Assembly: GCF_001194135.2 (NCBI RefSeq)
Contig: NC_068986.1
Location: forward strand, 31,356,229-31,420,228
Origin: Octopus bimaculoides
Lineage: Eukaryota
Direction of reading: 5' to 3'
DNA length: 64,000 bases
Made by a program: the position numbers and the translations under genes. Position 1 is the first letter of the stretch. Each line of letters begins with the position of its first letter. Under the pieces are notes generated by a model. That model did no database searches. It saw only the letters and a list, made by a program, of their open reading frames with translations, and had not been told where the DNA came from. Shown piece after piece: positions 1 to 11,132 of the stretch.

Positions 1-329
1 TATGAACCCTGTCAGCTTCAGTATTTGACTGGTACTTAACTATTTTAGCAATCCCAGAAAGATGAATGACAACCAAATTCATCAAGATTTGGCAACATAA
101 TGGGGCATAAAGGAATGTTAAAAACTCTTTTGGTTAGCACTCTACTAATTCTGCTGTCCAATATACATTATTAAAATAATGACCCCTATCATTGGTTGAG
201 AGTCATTTTCATTTCTGGAGAAAAGAACAATCGACCAAGTCATGCTCAATACTTGTTTGGTATTTTATTGTGACCCCAGCTGAATTTGAATTCAGAATAT
301 ATCTGTCGATGCTTCCCTCCACCTTACGT

Positions 330-535
330 TATTACAAACAACAGGGAGTCCTTTATGTTGTTGCACGTTCTGCTAGAAATAGAAGCTAAATTTATCTAAA
401 ATAACACCCAAATAAGAAAGAAACATTTAATAGTGTAATTTAGGATATACTGTAACCGAAAAGGAAAAAAAAAAAAAGAATGTCTTTGGTCACAGGTCTG
501 TCGGACCAGAGCTGACCCGGGTTAAACAACAACAG
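330..535 (+). repeat. Dispersed repeat family E (…CTAGAAATAGCAGCCAAATCT…/…GGTCATGGCTGGAATGCTTTTGATCATAG…), class unknown
   Basis: Similar segments recur at ~830-900, 9190-9270(-), 13870-13970, 15430-15645, 19790-19970(-), 23345-23560, 30855-31060, 41460-41540(-), 47140-47225, 48860-49000, 60235-60480(-) and 61030-61170(-). Confidence 0.6.
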
Positions 536-1249
536 CATAATAGCACCTAACAGAAATGTTAGAAATGCTACAGTAATGATATCCAACGTGAGGTGCTAAA
601 ATTCCAAGGCGTGCTAGAAATATACGTGGAAAAATCCAAATTAGACTTCACCTGTCTTTCACTACCAATTAAATAGGGCTCCTAGTTAATTCATCTGTCA
701 TCAAAGAGATGCTGGACTAACAAAAATTTGGAAAAGGTTGCATTACAACATCGAACTACATGTTTTACAATATTTCTTTTGCTCCCCTGCTTTCTGAGTT
801 ACGTTTTTTCCAGGGTCAGTTTTGATTTCCATTCCTCCAAAATCGACCAGGGAAAGAAACTCAATGTGGTCACGCGGTCTTTTAGAAATAGCAACCAAAT
901 CTCTCCCAAATCAACCTCCATCACCTTAAGCGAAGAATATTTTGGATTCTCTAGAATTTTTGTATCTTTAAAAATAAATATAAGATAGTTATAGGGGAAA
1001 TGCTTTTGGTCATAGATCTGCAGAATTGATTTGGCTTGAGTCACATAACAGTATCTGTTTCAACACTATTTACATCTCCACTAACAACCATCCCCCCATC
1101 CATTTTCAACAAATATCACCCCGCTCCCTCTCATTTACCAACATCAATTAATTTCCAAATACTCCAGATTTCTAAGGAGGGAAATTTGAATGTGAGACTT
1201 TCAAGCCTTTCTCAAGTATATCATAGACATAAGTAAAGTTTAGTCGCCA

Positions 1250-1861
1250 CAGCCGAGAATTGAAACCGAGTCAGCGAACTCGACTCCCCTTACAGCGCTC
1301 GCTCACCCTCGCGCTCAGCATCAGCAGTAGTAACAATCACAAAAATAACATTACACCACTAACAATAAATGACACACACGCACACATCAAGTACACCCTC
1401 AGCACCACCACTTCGCCATAAAAAGTTACTGCTGATAGAATTCTGAACATCAGCGCTACTCTCTCTCTCTCCTCGCATATTTAAGTCAACTTCCCATCAC
1501 TTTAATTTATTTCATATTGTTTTCTTTCACGGCGAAGAGAACAAAATCTGACAGTTGTAGTGCAAACAGTTGGTAGAAGATAATCCATCCAATCATATTT
1601 TTCAATCCTTCCACTCAGTTCTTCCTTTTTGTCTGCCTCGTGTTTTATAAAAGCTTCACTTGTTTATTTGGCGGAGCTTAGAGTTGTCTTCTTAGTTCAG
1701 TCGGTTTGGTCGACCGCCGTCCTTGTTGATCTTCTGTAGACTAAATAACTACAACTGGGGCGACTATAACAAACAAACAAACAAAACGAAAGTGAAGAGG
1801 GGAGAAGTCCCGGTCCATTTCAGTCAAATATTTGACCATTACCAACTTCAACATCGCAGAG
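1250..1861 (+). promoter_or_regulatory. Putative promoter / 5' UTR of the A2M-like gene
   Basis: Visibly CpG-enriched against the AT-rich background and directly upstream of the ATG. TATA-like GCATATTTAAG (~1475) and TTTTATAAAAG (~1643). The TSS cannot be determined from sequence. Confidence 0.5.
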
Positions 1862-1938
1862 ATGTCGTTTCGCCACCCTGTTTTGGTGGTCGTCTGCCTG
1901 CTGTTTCTGTTGGATTACCTTTCCGAGGCTCATAATAG
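1862..1938 (+). CDS. A2M: Coding exon 1 (signal peptide) of an alpha-2-macroglobulin/TEP-family gene: MSFRHPVLVVVCLLFLLDYLSEAHN(R/S)
   Basis: ATG at 1862 opens a basic-hydrophobic-small-residue signal peptide with a likely cleavage after SEA. The exon ends at a strong donor AG|GTAAGC (GT at 1939) in phase 2, in a CpG-rich region. Linking it to the downstream TEP exons is an inference: same strand, those exons lack an N-terminus, and a phase-2 intron after the signal peptide is typical of A2M genes. Confidence 0.75.
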
Positions 1939-4503
1939 GTAAGCACATTTATTGAACCAACTAAAATATATTTCATTAATTTTTTTTCTTATTTCACTCT
2001 TTCTTTCAGATTTTGTCTTTCTTCACTTTTTCTCTTCAATTTTTCTTTCATTCTCTTAATAGATATGTATGAAATGAGTTGACATACGGAGAAATACAAC
2101 AGACGACAACTTTTAATTCCATTCAATGTGATACTCAGTAATTTAATGTTATAAAAAACAAAAGAAATGATATTATAATAATAGTTTCTTTGTTAATGTA
2201 TATACGGAATTACCAAAAAGTTTATTTGTTAATAGAATTTCTGCTGATTTTCCCCCCTTGCCTTCTTTAAATTTGTTATTTGTTTCAGGAATAACTTGTA
2301 AATACTTATTTTCAGGATTTTGTTGTTTTTAAAGTTAAGAGTTTACTTTAAACAATGAAAAACTTTGCTCGGTAACATTTAAGAGTTGTACATCGTTTCA
2401 AAATCTTTTTAAACACCTTTATATCATATTTGCACCTATCGTTTTAGGAAAAATGAAAGTAATAGGAAAGAGTTAGGGTAACTATTTATTTATATTTATT
2501 GTTTGTTCTCTATATTTAGCTTTAGACATATCTTTAGCGGATCTTTTCGGCAGTATTGACGTGAAACGGTTCCATTTAGAAATCGAAACCGGATCGCAAA
2601 CTCGGTTAAAAGTGATGGGCGAATGTGAAGAATATGTTTGGAGTTGGGGTTAGGGTTTTTGTTACGCCGAAAACGGGTTGTGTACGTATTCTTTTCCTCC
2701 GCCAAGCAATGAATACATAAAAACTAAACTTCAGAAACTTGGTACTAGAATTAACATTAGAATAGATACTATAAGTTAACTAATAACGAGGAAATACGTT
2801 AGTGTGTGTGTGTGCGTGCGTGTGTAGTTATATCTTTTATCTTTTACTTGTTTCAGTCATGCTGGGGTACCACCTTGAAGAATTTTTATTCGAATGAATC
2901 GATCCCAGTACTTCAATTTTTTTTAGTTTGGTATTTATTCTATCGATCTATTTTGCCTAACAGATAGGTTACATAAACACACCAACACCGGTTGTCAACT
3001 ATATATCTTTTTCCAGTTTCCGTCTACCAAATCCACTCACAAGGCTTTGCTTGGCTTGAGGCTATAGTAAATGATGCTCGCTCAAGGCGTCCTGCAGAGG
3101 GACTGATGTGTGTATACACACCCACACACATTTTTATTTATTTATTTATTCGTTTCAGCCAAGTGGCTGTGGTCATGCTGGAGCACCACCGTGAAAAATT
3201 TTAGTAAGACCCCTTAATGCAGGCCCTGGGTAGGATTGAACCCTGCCCAGGATGTTCAATGTGGCTGTCTAATTATGTCTCTACCCACGAGACCACCAAG
3301 ACACCCGTATATAAATTTTTTAGAAAAATTTCTTGATATATGAATATTAAAAAAAGATTTTCTTAAAATTAAGAATTATTAATTACATACATATGCACAC
3401 ACACAAACACCTGACTGCCAGTAGATTTGGTAATCAAAAACTGAAAGAAGCTGATTGCATGTTTGTTAGTGTTCCCTCGTCTTGACATTGCACAACAATT
3501 GTAAATGAGCTTCACCATCATACAAGCAGTGTTATTTTCTTGTTTCTAATCTTTTGTGAAAATGTGTCCAGCCAGGGAGAAATATTATCTTGCTTGGAAA
3601 TGAGTGACAATTGCAGACAAAAAAATGCATCCAGTCATAGAAAATCTACTTCAATACATTTTGTCTGTCTCATATAAGCATGAAAAAGTGTTCTTTCAAA
3701 ATGGTGACATATAATCATTTAACCTCCATCTTCCATGCAAGCATGGGTTAGACAGTTTCACAGGATCCAACAAAGCACTGTACTGCACTGAGCTCTGTCT
3801 GTTTTAGCATGGTATCTATGGTTGGATGCCTTTTGTTATACCTGTCATTTTACAGAGTGTTCTGGGTTCTTTTTTTTTTTTCTGGCACTAGTAAGGTTGC
3901 CAAGTAAATTGCAAGACAAAAAAAGGTTGATGTTCAAAGGGTGGTGGTATTATGCCAGGCTTTGAGAGGCTAAAGTATGTGAGATGGACAGGTAGAGGTG
4001 TCTTGTTATAAAGAAGATATGTGGCAATCCTACATTATTTAATAGGTGGGAGTAATTGGCAAAAAAAGATAATTATGGTGGTGATGAGGTATGTTATTTT
4101 GTATATATGCATATAGATAGATGGTTGAGGAGAACCCCCTTTTGTCACAAGTGATCATGGTTTTGTACCTAGAAAGTTCCCCTCCAAAGTACAAGTCAAG
4201 GCAAGGTTGTTTGAGGAAGGTCAGCGGTCACCCATGCATACCACTCTCTCCTCTCCACACCACCAATGTTATTCAAGGGAAGGAAGGGCAAAGGCTGATA
4301 CAACTTGGCACCAGTGACATCACAACTCATTTCTACAGCTAAATGAACTGGAGCAAGATGAAATTAGGGGTCTTGCTCAGGAATACAACGCACAGCCAAG
4401 TCTAGGAATTGAACTCATATCCTTACGATTGCAAGCTTGGCACTCTAATCACAGTCATGTGCCTTCTAGATTGATGGTATGACTGCCATAATCAAGTGGT
4501 TTA

Positions 4504-5016
4504 CCCTTTAGTATTCAAACAGGCCTCATCTGGCCCAAATACTCAACCTGTTTTATGTTCAAGCTGACCAGATCTGGCCTCTCACACCTACCCTACAATG
4601 TCATTCTAAAAATATACAATGACATCATCTAAATCTCAAAGCTAATAGATATGGTATGATTAATTCAAAACAATGAGAACAAGAGCACCCAGAGAGCGCA
4701 AACCTTCACCAAGGCAACAAATGAGAATACTAAAAATGAACCTGACCACTCTCAAAAATTAAGTAAAAAAAAAAAAATGGAAAAATAATCCAGAATCCTT
4801 GTCTGGAATTGGATCGATCCCAAATTCTCATCAGTTTGTGCCAGTAATGAGGCCAAACATCCCTGAAAGTTTCATTTGAATCCATCCAGCGGTTCTTGAG
4901 ATGTCATGTCCATGGACAAACAAACAAACATGAATGAAAACAATACTTCCGCCTTTGCTAAGTCAGAGGTAATAAATAAGCATTACATTTGATAGAGTAA
5001 TCTGAATACTAAAGGG
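4504..5016. mobile_element. piggyBac-type MITE carrying a nested insertion
   Basis: Perfect 14-bp TIRs CCCTTTAGTATTCA (4504) / TGAATACTAAAGGG (to 5016). Flanks are TTTA on the left and TTAA on the right. Confidence 0.7.
4678..4972. mobile_element. Helentron/DINE-1/Pearl-like non-autonomous element nested in the piggyBac MITE
   Basis: Subterminal inverted repeats ACCTTCACCAAGGC (~4702) and GCCTTTGCTAAGTCAGAGGT (~4951-4970), internal (ACAA)n near one end, AA/TT context at both junctions. Family assignment is an inference. Confidence 0.45.
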
Positions 5017-5999
5017 TTAAGAACATTATTCCTACAAGGAAGGGCTCAATACATTGTGATTAAATGTGAGTTTATATGCAGTGTGACTATTAATTGTTCA
5101 TCAAAGGCTTCAGTACCAGTAGGTTGAATCTTATCAGTTTCTTAAATGGCAGAATTGAACGTATTGGTTTCAAAATCTTTGTGCAGTTGTTAGATGCTCT
5201 GTTTATAGATATATAAATAAGGATATCCTGCAGGCGTGTATGATACCCCAACCACCACAATGAAAGATACACCATCTGTATGTGGTTCCAAAATGTCTGA
5301 ATCTTGATTTGCACTGGGAGAGTGGAAAAAAAAAAAAGAAGACGGGTATGCAAAATGTACCAACAGAACAAATTTTATTTGACAACGCATTATGTGACAT
5401 GAGTGCCACCCTCACACTGTTAGAAGCAGTTAAACAGGCAACAACTGGAAAAAAAAAAACATTAAAAAATAAAAAATAAGCAGCCACCAAAGTTTTCAAA
5501 TAAGAATTTACATGCACTTGTAAATTCACATCTGTGTGAATGCATGCACACACACACATGCACAACTGTATAGTTGTTGACTTACTTGGGTTCATCCGCT
5601 CTTTGAAAAGTTTTGCTTTTCATTAAACAGGATGTCCAAAAATCCCATTCCTCATCAGGCAGGCTCAGTAGGTTGCTAGTTTAGTCACCAATAATCTGAT
5701 CATGCAATAGATTGAACAGAGATATATATCATTTGTAGTACTCCTGATTAACCCAGCACAATATGTATACATTCGTACATGCTCACACAATTACAAGTAT
5801 ATAAATACATATTTAGACATGTATGTATATACACCGCACATTTACACATACTATATATATATATAGATAGTTAATTTGAGGATGTTAGATCCACATTAGG
5901 GATTATATAATCTCAAAACATTCCATTGGTTAATCACTATCATATAATGAGAAAGTCTCTGTGATATGTTAAGAATTGTTGTGGTAATACATATTAATA

Positions 6000-6462
6000 T
6001 TGAAAGAAAGAAAATGGAGAAAGATGGATGTATGAATAATTTATTTGTATGATATAAAGATGTTGAAATTTAGAAAAAAAAATAACAATTCAAATAAATT
6101 ATAAATTGTAAAGCTCAGAAAGAAAATGGGAGATGCGAAAAACCTACATATATGTTTCAGTTCTAGCCCCTAGCTAATCTGCAATTCTAAGCATTTGGTT
6201 ATATGCTAAGAATATATGGGGCAGAACTTCTTCAGGGTTAGGGTTATTATGAGCTTATAGAACAAAGGTTAACATGTTTCTTGGAAGGATGCATACAAAA
6301 TAGAACTGAAACATATATGTAGGTTTTTTCACATCTCCCATTTTCTTTTTAAGCTTTACTACTTATAATTTGTATTATTATTAAAAAAAAAAATTTCAAC
6401 ATCTTTATATCATACAAATAAATTATTCATACATCCATCTTTCTCCATTTTCTTTCTTTCAA
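6000..6462. repeat. Long-TIR MITE / fold-back element
   Basis: 6000-6165 is the reverse complement of 6301-6462 with few mismatches, around a ~135-bp spacer. Confidence 0.85.
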
Positions 6463-6938
6463 GTTGGGACAAGTGAGATCGATTGAAACTGAACCAAATT
6501 CGATGACTGGCACGCGTGCCAGTGGAGCGCTAACAGCACCATCCGAGCAGGATCACTGCCAGAGCAGCAGTCTTGCTTCCATGCCAGTGGCATGTAAAAA
6601 GCACCATTTGAGCCTAATCATTTCCAGCTTCACCTTACTGGCACTTGTGCCAGTGGCATGTGAACAAAACACTGGACTGATTCCTGTGCAGGTGGCACGT
6701 AAAAAACACCATTTGGGCATGGCCGTTGCTAGTACCGCCGGACTGGCCCTCATGCTGGTGGTACATAAAAAGCACCCACTACACTCTCGGAGTGGTTGAT
6801 GTTAGGAAGGGGATCCAGCTGTAGAAACTCTGCCAGATCAGATTGAAGTCTGGTGTAGCCACCTGGTTCGCCAGTCCCCAGTCAAATCGTGCAACCCATG
6901 CTAGCATGGAAAGCAGATGTTAAATGATGATGATGATG
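6463..6938 (+). mobile_element. 5'-truncated RTE-type element (3' UTR with internal tandem GTGGCACGTAAAAAGCACC-like units, (GAT)n tail)
   Basis: Same terminal ~200 bp as the RTE 3' UTR at 10032-10250. An inverted close relative lies at 48191-48770. Confidence 0.7.
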
Positions 6939-7178
6939 CATGTGCATACACACATATCTGATTAAAGCTACTTCAAATAGCCCAAATTAACCATAGGTCT
7001 TCTTCTAATCCATGAGCTAAAAAAACAATATAAAGTAAAACCTCTTTATAAATGAGTCCCTTTTCAGGAAGATTTTGAAATCAGTTTTGCTCTAAGGTCT
7101 GGAATGAAGAGAAGGATTTCAGTCAGAATGCATCATGGCTAGATACACTCAAGAAACAATACTGTATTGGAATGAATA

Positions 7179-7230
7179 GTGAAACGTTCAACTGTGAAAC
7201 GTTCAACTGTGAAACGTTCAGCTGTGAAAC
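7179..7230. repeat. Minisatellite, 15-bp unit GTGAAACGTTCAACT x~3.5
   Basis: Direct inspection. Confidence 0.85.
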
Positions 7231-7613
7231 ATTTGCTAAAGTTAAGGAAAGCTGCCTAATAGAAAGGCACAAAGAAGGAATCTAATTGTTGGATATTGGT
7301 ACAAGATGTTGAGATTCTACAAAGAGTTACTGATGTATATATTTAAAAGAACTAATGAAGGCCCAGATTGATCTACAAAATTTGTCATTGCACAGATAAA
7401 TTTTGTAGTCAAAAATGAAAACAGTGACTTGGCAAAAGTTTGTGTACCCATTACTTGCCTGAATATTACATATATATTTTGTGCAGGCTCAACTAATTCT
7501 TTCATGAGCATTTCAAGTCCAAGAAGGTAGTGACTTATGAACAGGCATGTAGAGAGAAAGGAGTTTGGGGATGTTTATAGTCAGCAACTTTGATAACTAA
7601 ATCTGTGCTATCT

Positions 7614-7845
7614 TATTTCTTTATTGCCCACAAGGGGCTAAACATGGAGGGGACAAACAAGGACAGACAAAGGAATTAAGTCGATTACATCGACCCCAGT
7701 ACGCAACTGGTACTTAATTTATCGACCCTAAAAGGATGAAAGGCAAAGTCGACCTCGGCGGAATTTGAACTCAGAATGTAACGGCAGACGAAATACCGCT
7801 AAGCATTTCGCCCGGCGTGCTAACGTTTCTGCCAGCTCGCCACCT
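7614..7845 (-). mobile_element. tRNA-derived SINE, family B (GGCGAGCTGGCAGAAACGTTAGC... head), with 16-bp TSD
   Basis: Reverse complement of the copies at 25199 and 40974. Perfect direct repeat TAAATCTGTGCTATCT at 7598-7613 and 7846-7861. Confidence 0.85.
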
Positions 7846-8639
7846 TAAATCTGTGCTATCTGATATAAGAAAAGTATAATGAACCTTTTAACTGCATAAC
7901 TTTTGATTCTATTCCCTTCTTATGGTTGATGGAGTCACTGCTCTTGAAACAATCACTAAAAGACATTGTCAACAATCTTTACACATGGAACTGAATGTCA
8001 AAGAATTTTTTTTATGCTATAAATCTTTCAAAGGGAAGATTACAAGGAAACAGTCTCTGCTTCTATTTATTTTGGTGCAGTCATTTCTTTTACAAAGACT
8101 AATAGTTATCTGTCAGGATTCAGAGCAGCATGAGGCACCAGTGTAATCCATGATTTCTTTGTTGTTGATCTAAAGGTCTATGCTGGAAATAATTACAATG
8201 TTGAGAAAAGTTTACTTCCATTTTCCAGTTGCTATAGGAACATTTTTTTCTCTATATTCTCCCCAAATCTTTACATCAGTGGTCTTTCTATCTCCCCTCT
8301 TCTTCAAAACAAGTGATAGAAATCTAGATATTGAGGAAAATGTATGCTACAAAAATACTGTGAACCAATAGTGACCATCGGATATTATATCAGACTTCAA
8401 AAAATATGGCAGTTGGATTTTTCCTTTTTATTCCACAAAGCATTTGCTGTAATAGTACTGATACAACATTTGAGATGCTTCACTGGTCTATTCAGGAAAT
8501 TGACTTTATTAAATTTTGCAACATTCTAATAGCAACAAATAATTTTCTTTGTTTTCTAGTCAAGAAAAAAGGCAGCACTCAGGACCCTTCACTGACTTCT
8601 GAGACTGGTGAGAGGAAGGTTTTATCAAACCAAAGACCT

Positions 8640-8773
8640 AGCCAAATACTGTGCACCAATGGAGCAACAAATGTGTGAATCTAAGAGGGAATATGTTGAA
8701 TAAAATCATAATTGACTGGTCCTCCTGTATTTTCTGTTACCAAAAGCCGGGAACTTTTCAGCACCCTCTCATA
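8640..8773 (+). mobile_element. Mariner-like element 3' end
   Basis: ...KCVNLRGEYVE*-like C-terminus, followed by a terminal repeat ending GAACTTTTCAGCACCCTCTCATA. Its reverse complement occurs at 45093-45170 (TATGAGGTGGGTGCTGAAAAGTTCC). Confidence 0.55.
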
Positions 8774-10031
8774 TGCTTGTGCATGTAACATGCTAAATAG
8801 AAAGTATTTGCATACACACACATCTGAGTATGTAAAAGAACCTGGAAGGTTGGACCTCCAACCAGGCCTCTTGTGATATCCTTAAAGCCAGGAATTCTTC
8901 AGCACTCAATTTGGTCCATACACTTTTTTGCATTCTTTTCTTTGTGAAGCAGCTAAACTTCCTCCTATAATTACCTTAAGTAACACAGACCACACACTTC
9001 TTTTAGTAAACTGTTTGTGTCGGTCATGAGTTTTCTCATATCTAACTACTCTTCACTGACTTTTTATCAATCTATTAAAAATCTTTATGCACTTTCTTAC
9101 TGGATACCCATTAGTGCACACATATGATCAAGTGTATCCCAGCAGTGACCACTTCATTTTTTTCCTATACACAAAGACCTCAGGACCACATTTTAAAATG
9201 TGTCCCTTTCAAAGATGGTAAGTGTAATGTGAGGAAGATATCTGGCTACTATTTCTAGCATGTTGAGCAACCATTACAGTCCTTTGATTTTGGTGCAGTC
9301 TTTTTTCTTTCTTTTTTTTTTTGCATCAGTTCTTTATATTAGCTTGGTTTATTTATTTATTTTCAATTATCTTTGCAGCTTACGGCTGTTTCTAGTACCA
9401 ATTATGCTCAATCATGAAATTAGAGGAGTCACTTGTTAATCAGATAAAATGAGTTACTTTCACGATTACTTATATTTTAGTCAGCTCTAATCTGTTATTT
9501 CATGGAGCTAGGGTTTTGTAGAAAAAGTGTCTGAAAAAGTACACATTCAGCAGACTGGTGATTGGAAGGTATTTGATGATGGCAGTGGAAGGTCCATGAT
9601 AGTGATGTTAGTGGTGGTGGTGGTGGTGGCGGTAAAGGAAGGCTACTTATTAGGCTGACAGCATTTCTCAAATTTGATTTAGTCCAGTGAATGAGAGTGA
9701 AGGTGCATAGCCTGGTGATTAGAGTGTTGCAGTCATGACCACAAGATCATGGTTTTTGACTCCCACACCAGGTGGTGTGTTGTGTTCTTGAATAAAACAC
9801 TTTGTGTTGCTCTGGTTCACTCAGCTGTAAATTAGTAACCCTGGAACGGACTGGTTTTCCATTTAAGGACAATGTTGTAATCTCAGTCACTTATACACCA
9901 TGGAATTTGGGTAACCAGCTCTATGAGTCCTAAGACAAGAAAGACCAGTAAATGAGATTCACAGATACACCATTTCTTGTATGTACACAGTATTCTATTG
10001 CGGAGAGTAAGTCTTCTTAAGCAAACTACAA

Positions 10032-10490
10032 ATCATCATCATCATTTAACGTCTGTTCTCCATGCTGGCATGGGTTGGATGGTTCGACAGAAGGTGGCCA
10101 GCTGGAGAGCTGCCCAGACTCCAATTTGTCTGTTTTGGTATGGTTTCTACAGTTGGATGCTTTTCCTAATGCCAATCACATTACAGTGTGTATTGAGTGC
10201 TTCTACATGGCACCAACACCCATGAGCCTGCAAGGCTAGGATTTATTGGCTGAGAGAAGGATGTAGAGGACATGCCTGTATGCATGGAAAACCATGACTT
10301 TACTTGGCTTGACGTGTCTTCTCAAGCACAGCAAACTGCCAGAAATCTTGGTCCCTTGTCATCTCCTCTGTGAGGCCCAATGTCTTAGCTGAAGATCCTT
10401 TCTCACCATTTCATCCCACATCTTCCTGGTTCTACTCCTAGACTTTCCCGCCACAATTAGCAATTGATACTTCTTGAAGCAGCTGTCCTT
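10032..10490 (-). mobile_element. RTE LINE 3' end (ORF C-terminus, 3' UTR, (GAT)n tail)
   Basis: Minus strand translates EDSCFKKYQLLIVAGKSRSRTRKMWDEMVRKDL..., then ...AVLEKTRQAK*, typical of RTE C-termini. It is followed by the UTR shared with many copies in the window and an ATG/GAT repeat tail. Confidence 0.75.
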
Positions 10491-11132
10491 TCTTTTTCTA
10501 GGTTGGTCATGTGAGGTTCCAACAGAAATTGTCAAAGATTATTAGACATATCATGTATAATGATTATGTTTTACGGTCATACAACAGCCATTCTTTTTTT
10601 CATAATATGGACTGAACGGTTCTGCAGTGGTAAATCATTATTTTTCTCAGCTCTGTATCATCTGCCAAATCCACAATCTCCCTTCCTACCAGTAACAACA
10701 AAGAACACCACTATAACCAAATATTATACAATAAAACACACACACACACACACACTGAATAAAAATTTGTTGGAATTATCTACAGTATCTCTACAGCATT
10801 CAACCGTCACAACAAATATAGAATACATAGGAAATTGATGCATGAACACACCTGAGAATTCTTAGGCACAACATTTGGTTAGAAACGGCATTTGTGTACA
10901 AAGAATATTTTATTTAGCCATCCTGCCTGTTTTCCCAATCTCTCTGTGAAATAACAAAGAATAGAAAACAGTACTCTTTGCATCGCTACAGACTGCACAC
11001 AGATCACATCAATAAACCATATATTATTTTGATAGATGACATAGTTTACAACGCCTTGAACCACTTCTACCCTGTCTATACTCTAGCTACTATTCTTGCA
11101 TTACATCCACCCACATGACTAGTAAACAGCAC

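Larger units (their letters stand above)
7100..8600 (+). mobile_element. Decayed Dong/R4-like non-LTR retrotransposon RT region, interrupted by a SINE
   Basis: Degenerate RT motifs in order: PITCLNITY (~7450), TYEQA..KGVWGC (~7530), FDSIPFLWLMESL (~7905), LQGNSL (~8040), FFVVDLKVYA (~8160, YxDD equivalent), YYIRLQKIW and FEMLHWSIQEID (~8390-8510). Clade assignment is from motif recall. Confidence 0.6.

Noticed and set aside
1723-1935. ORF-track 70-aa ORF as the first exon
   Set aside because: Wrong frame and TTG start. The overlapping ATG-1862 frame gives a signal peptide and ends at a canonical donor.
6226-6246. TTAGGG telomere-like repeats (also ~2646)
   Set aside because: Only about two units; expected by chance.
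9379-9440. Candidate exon 2 after TTTGCAG (LRLFLVPIMLNHEIRGVTC*)
   Set aside because: In-frame stop after ~19 codons and no good donor before it; the other frames also stop.
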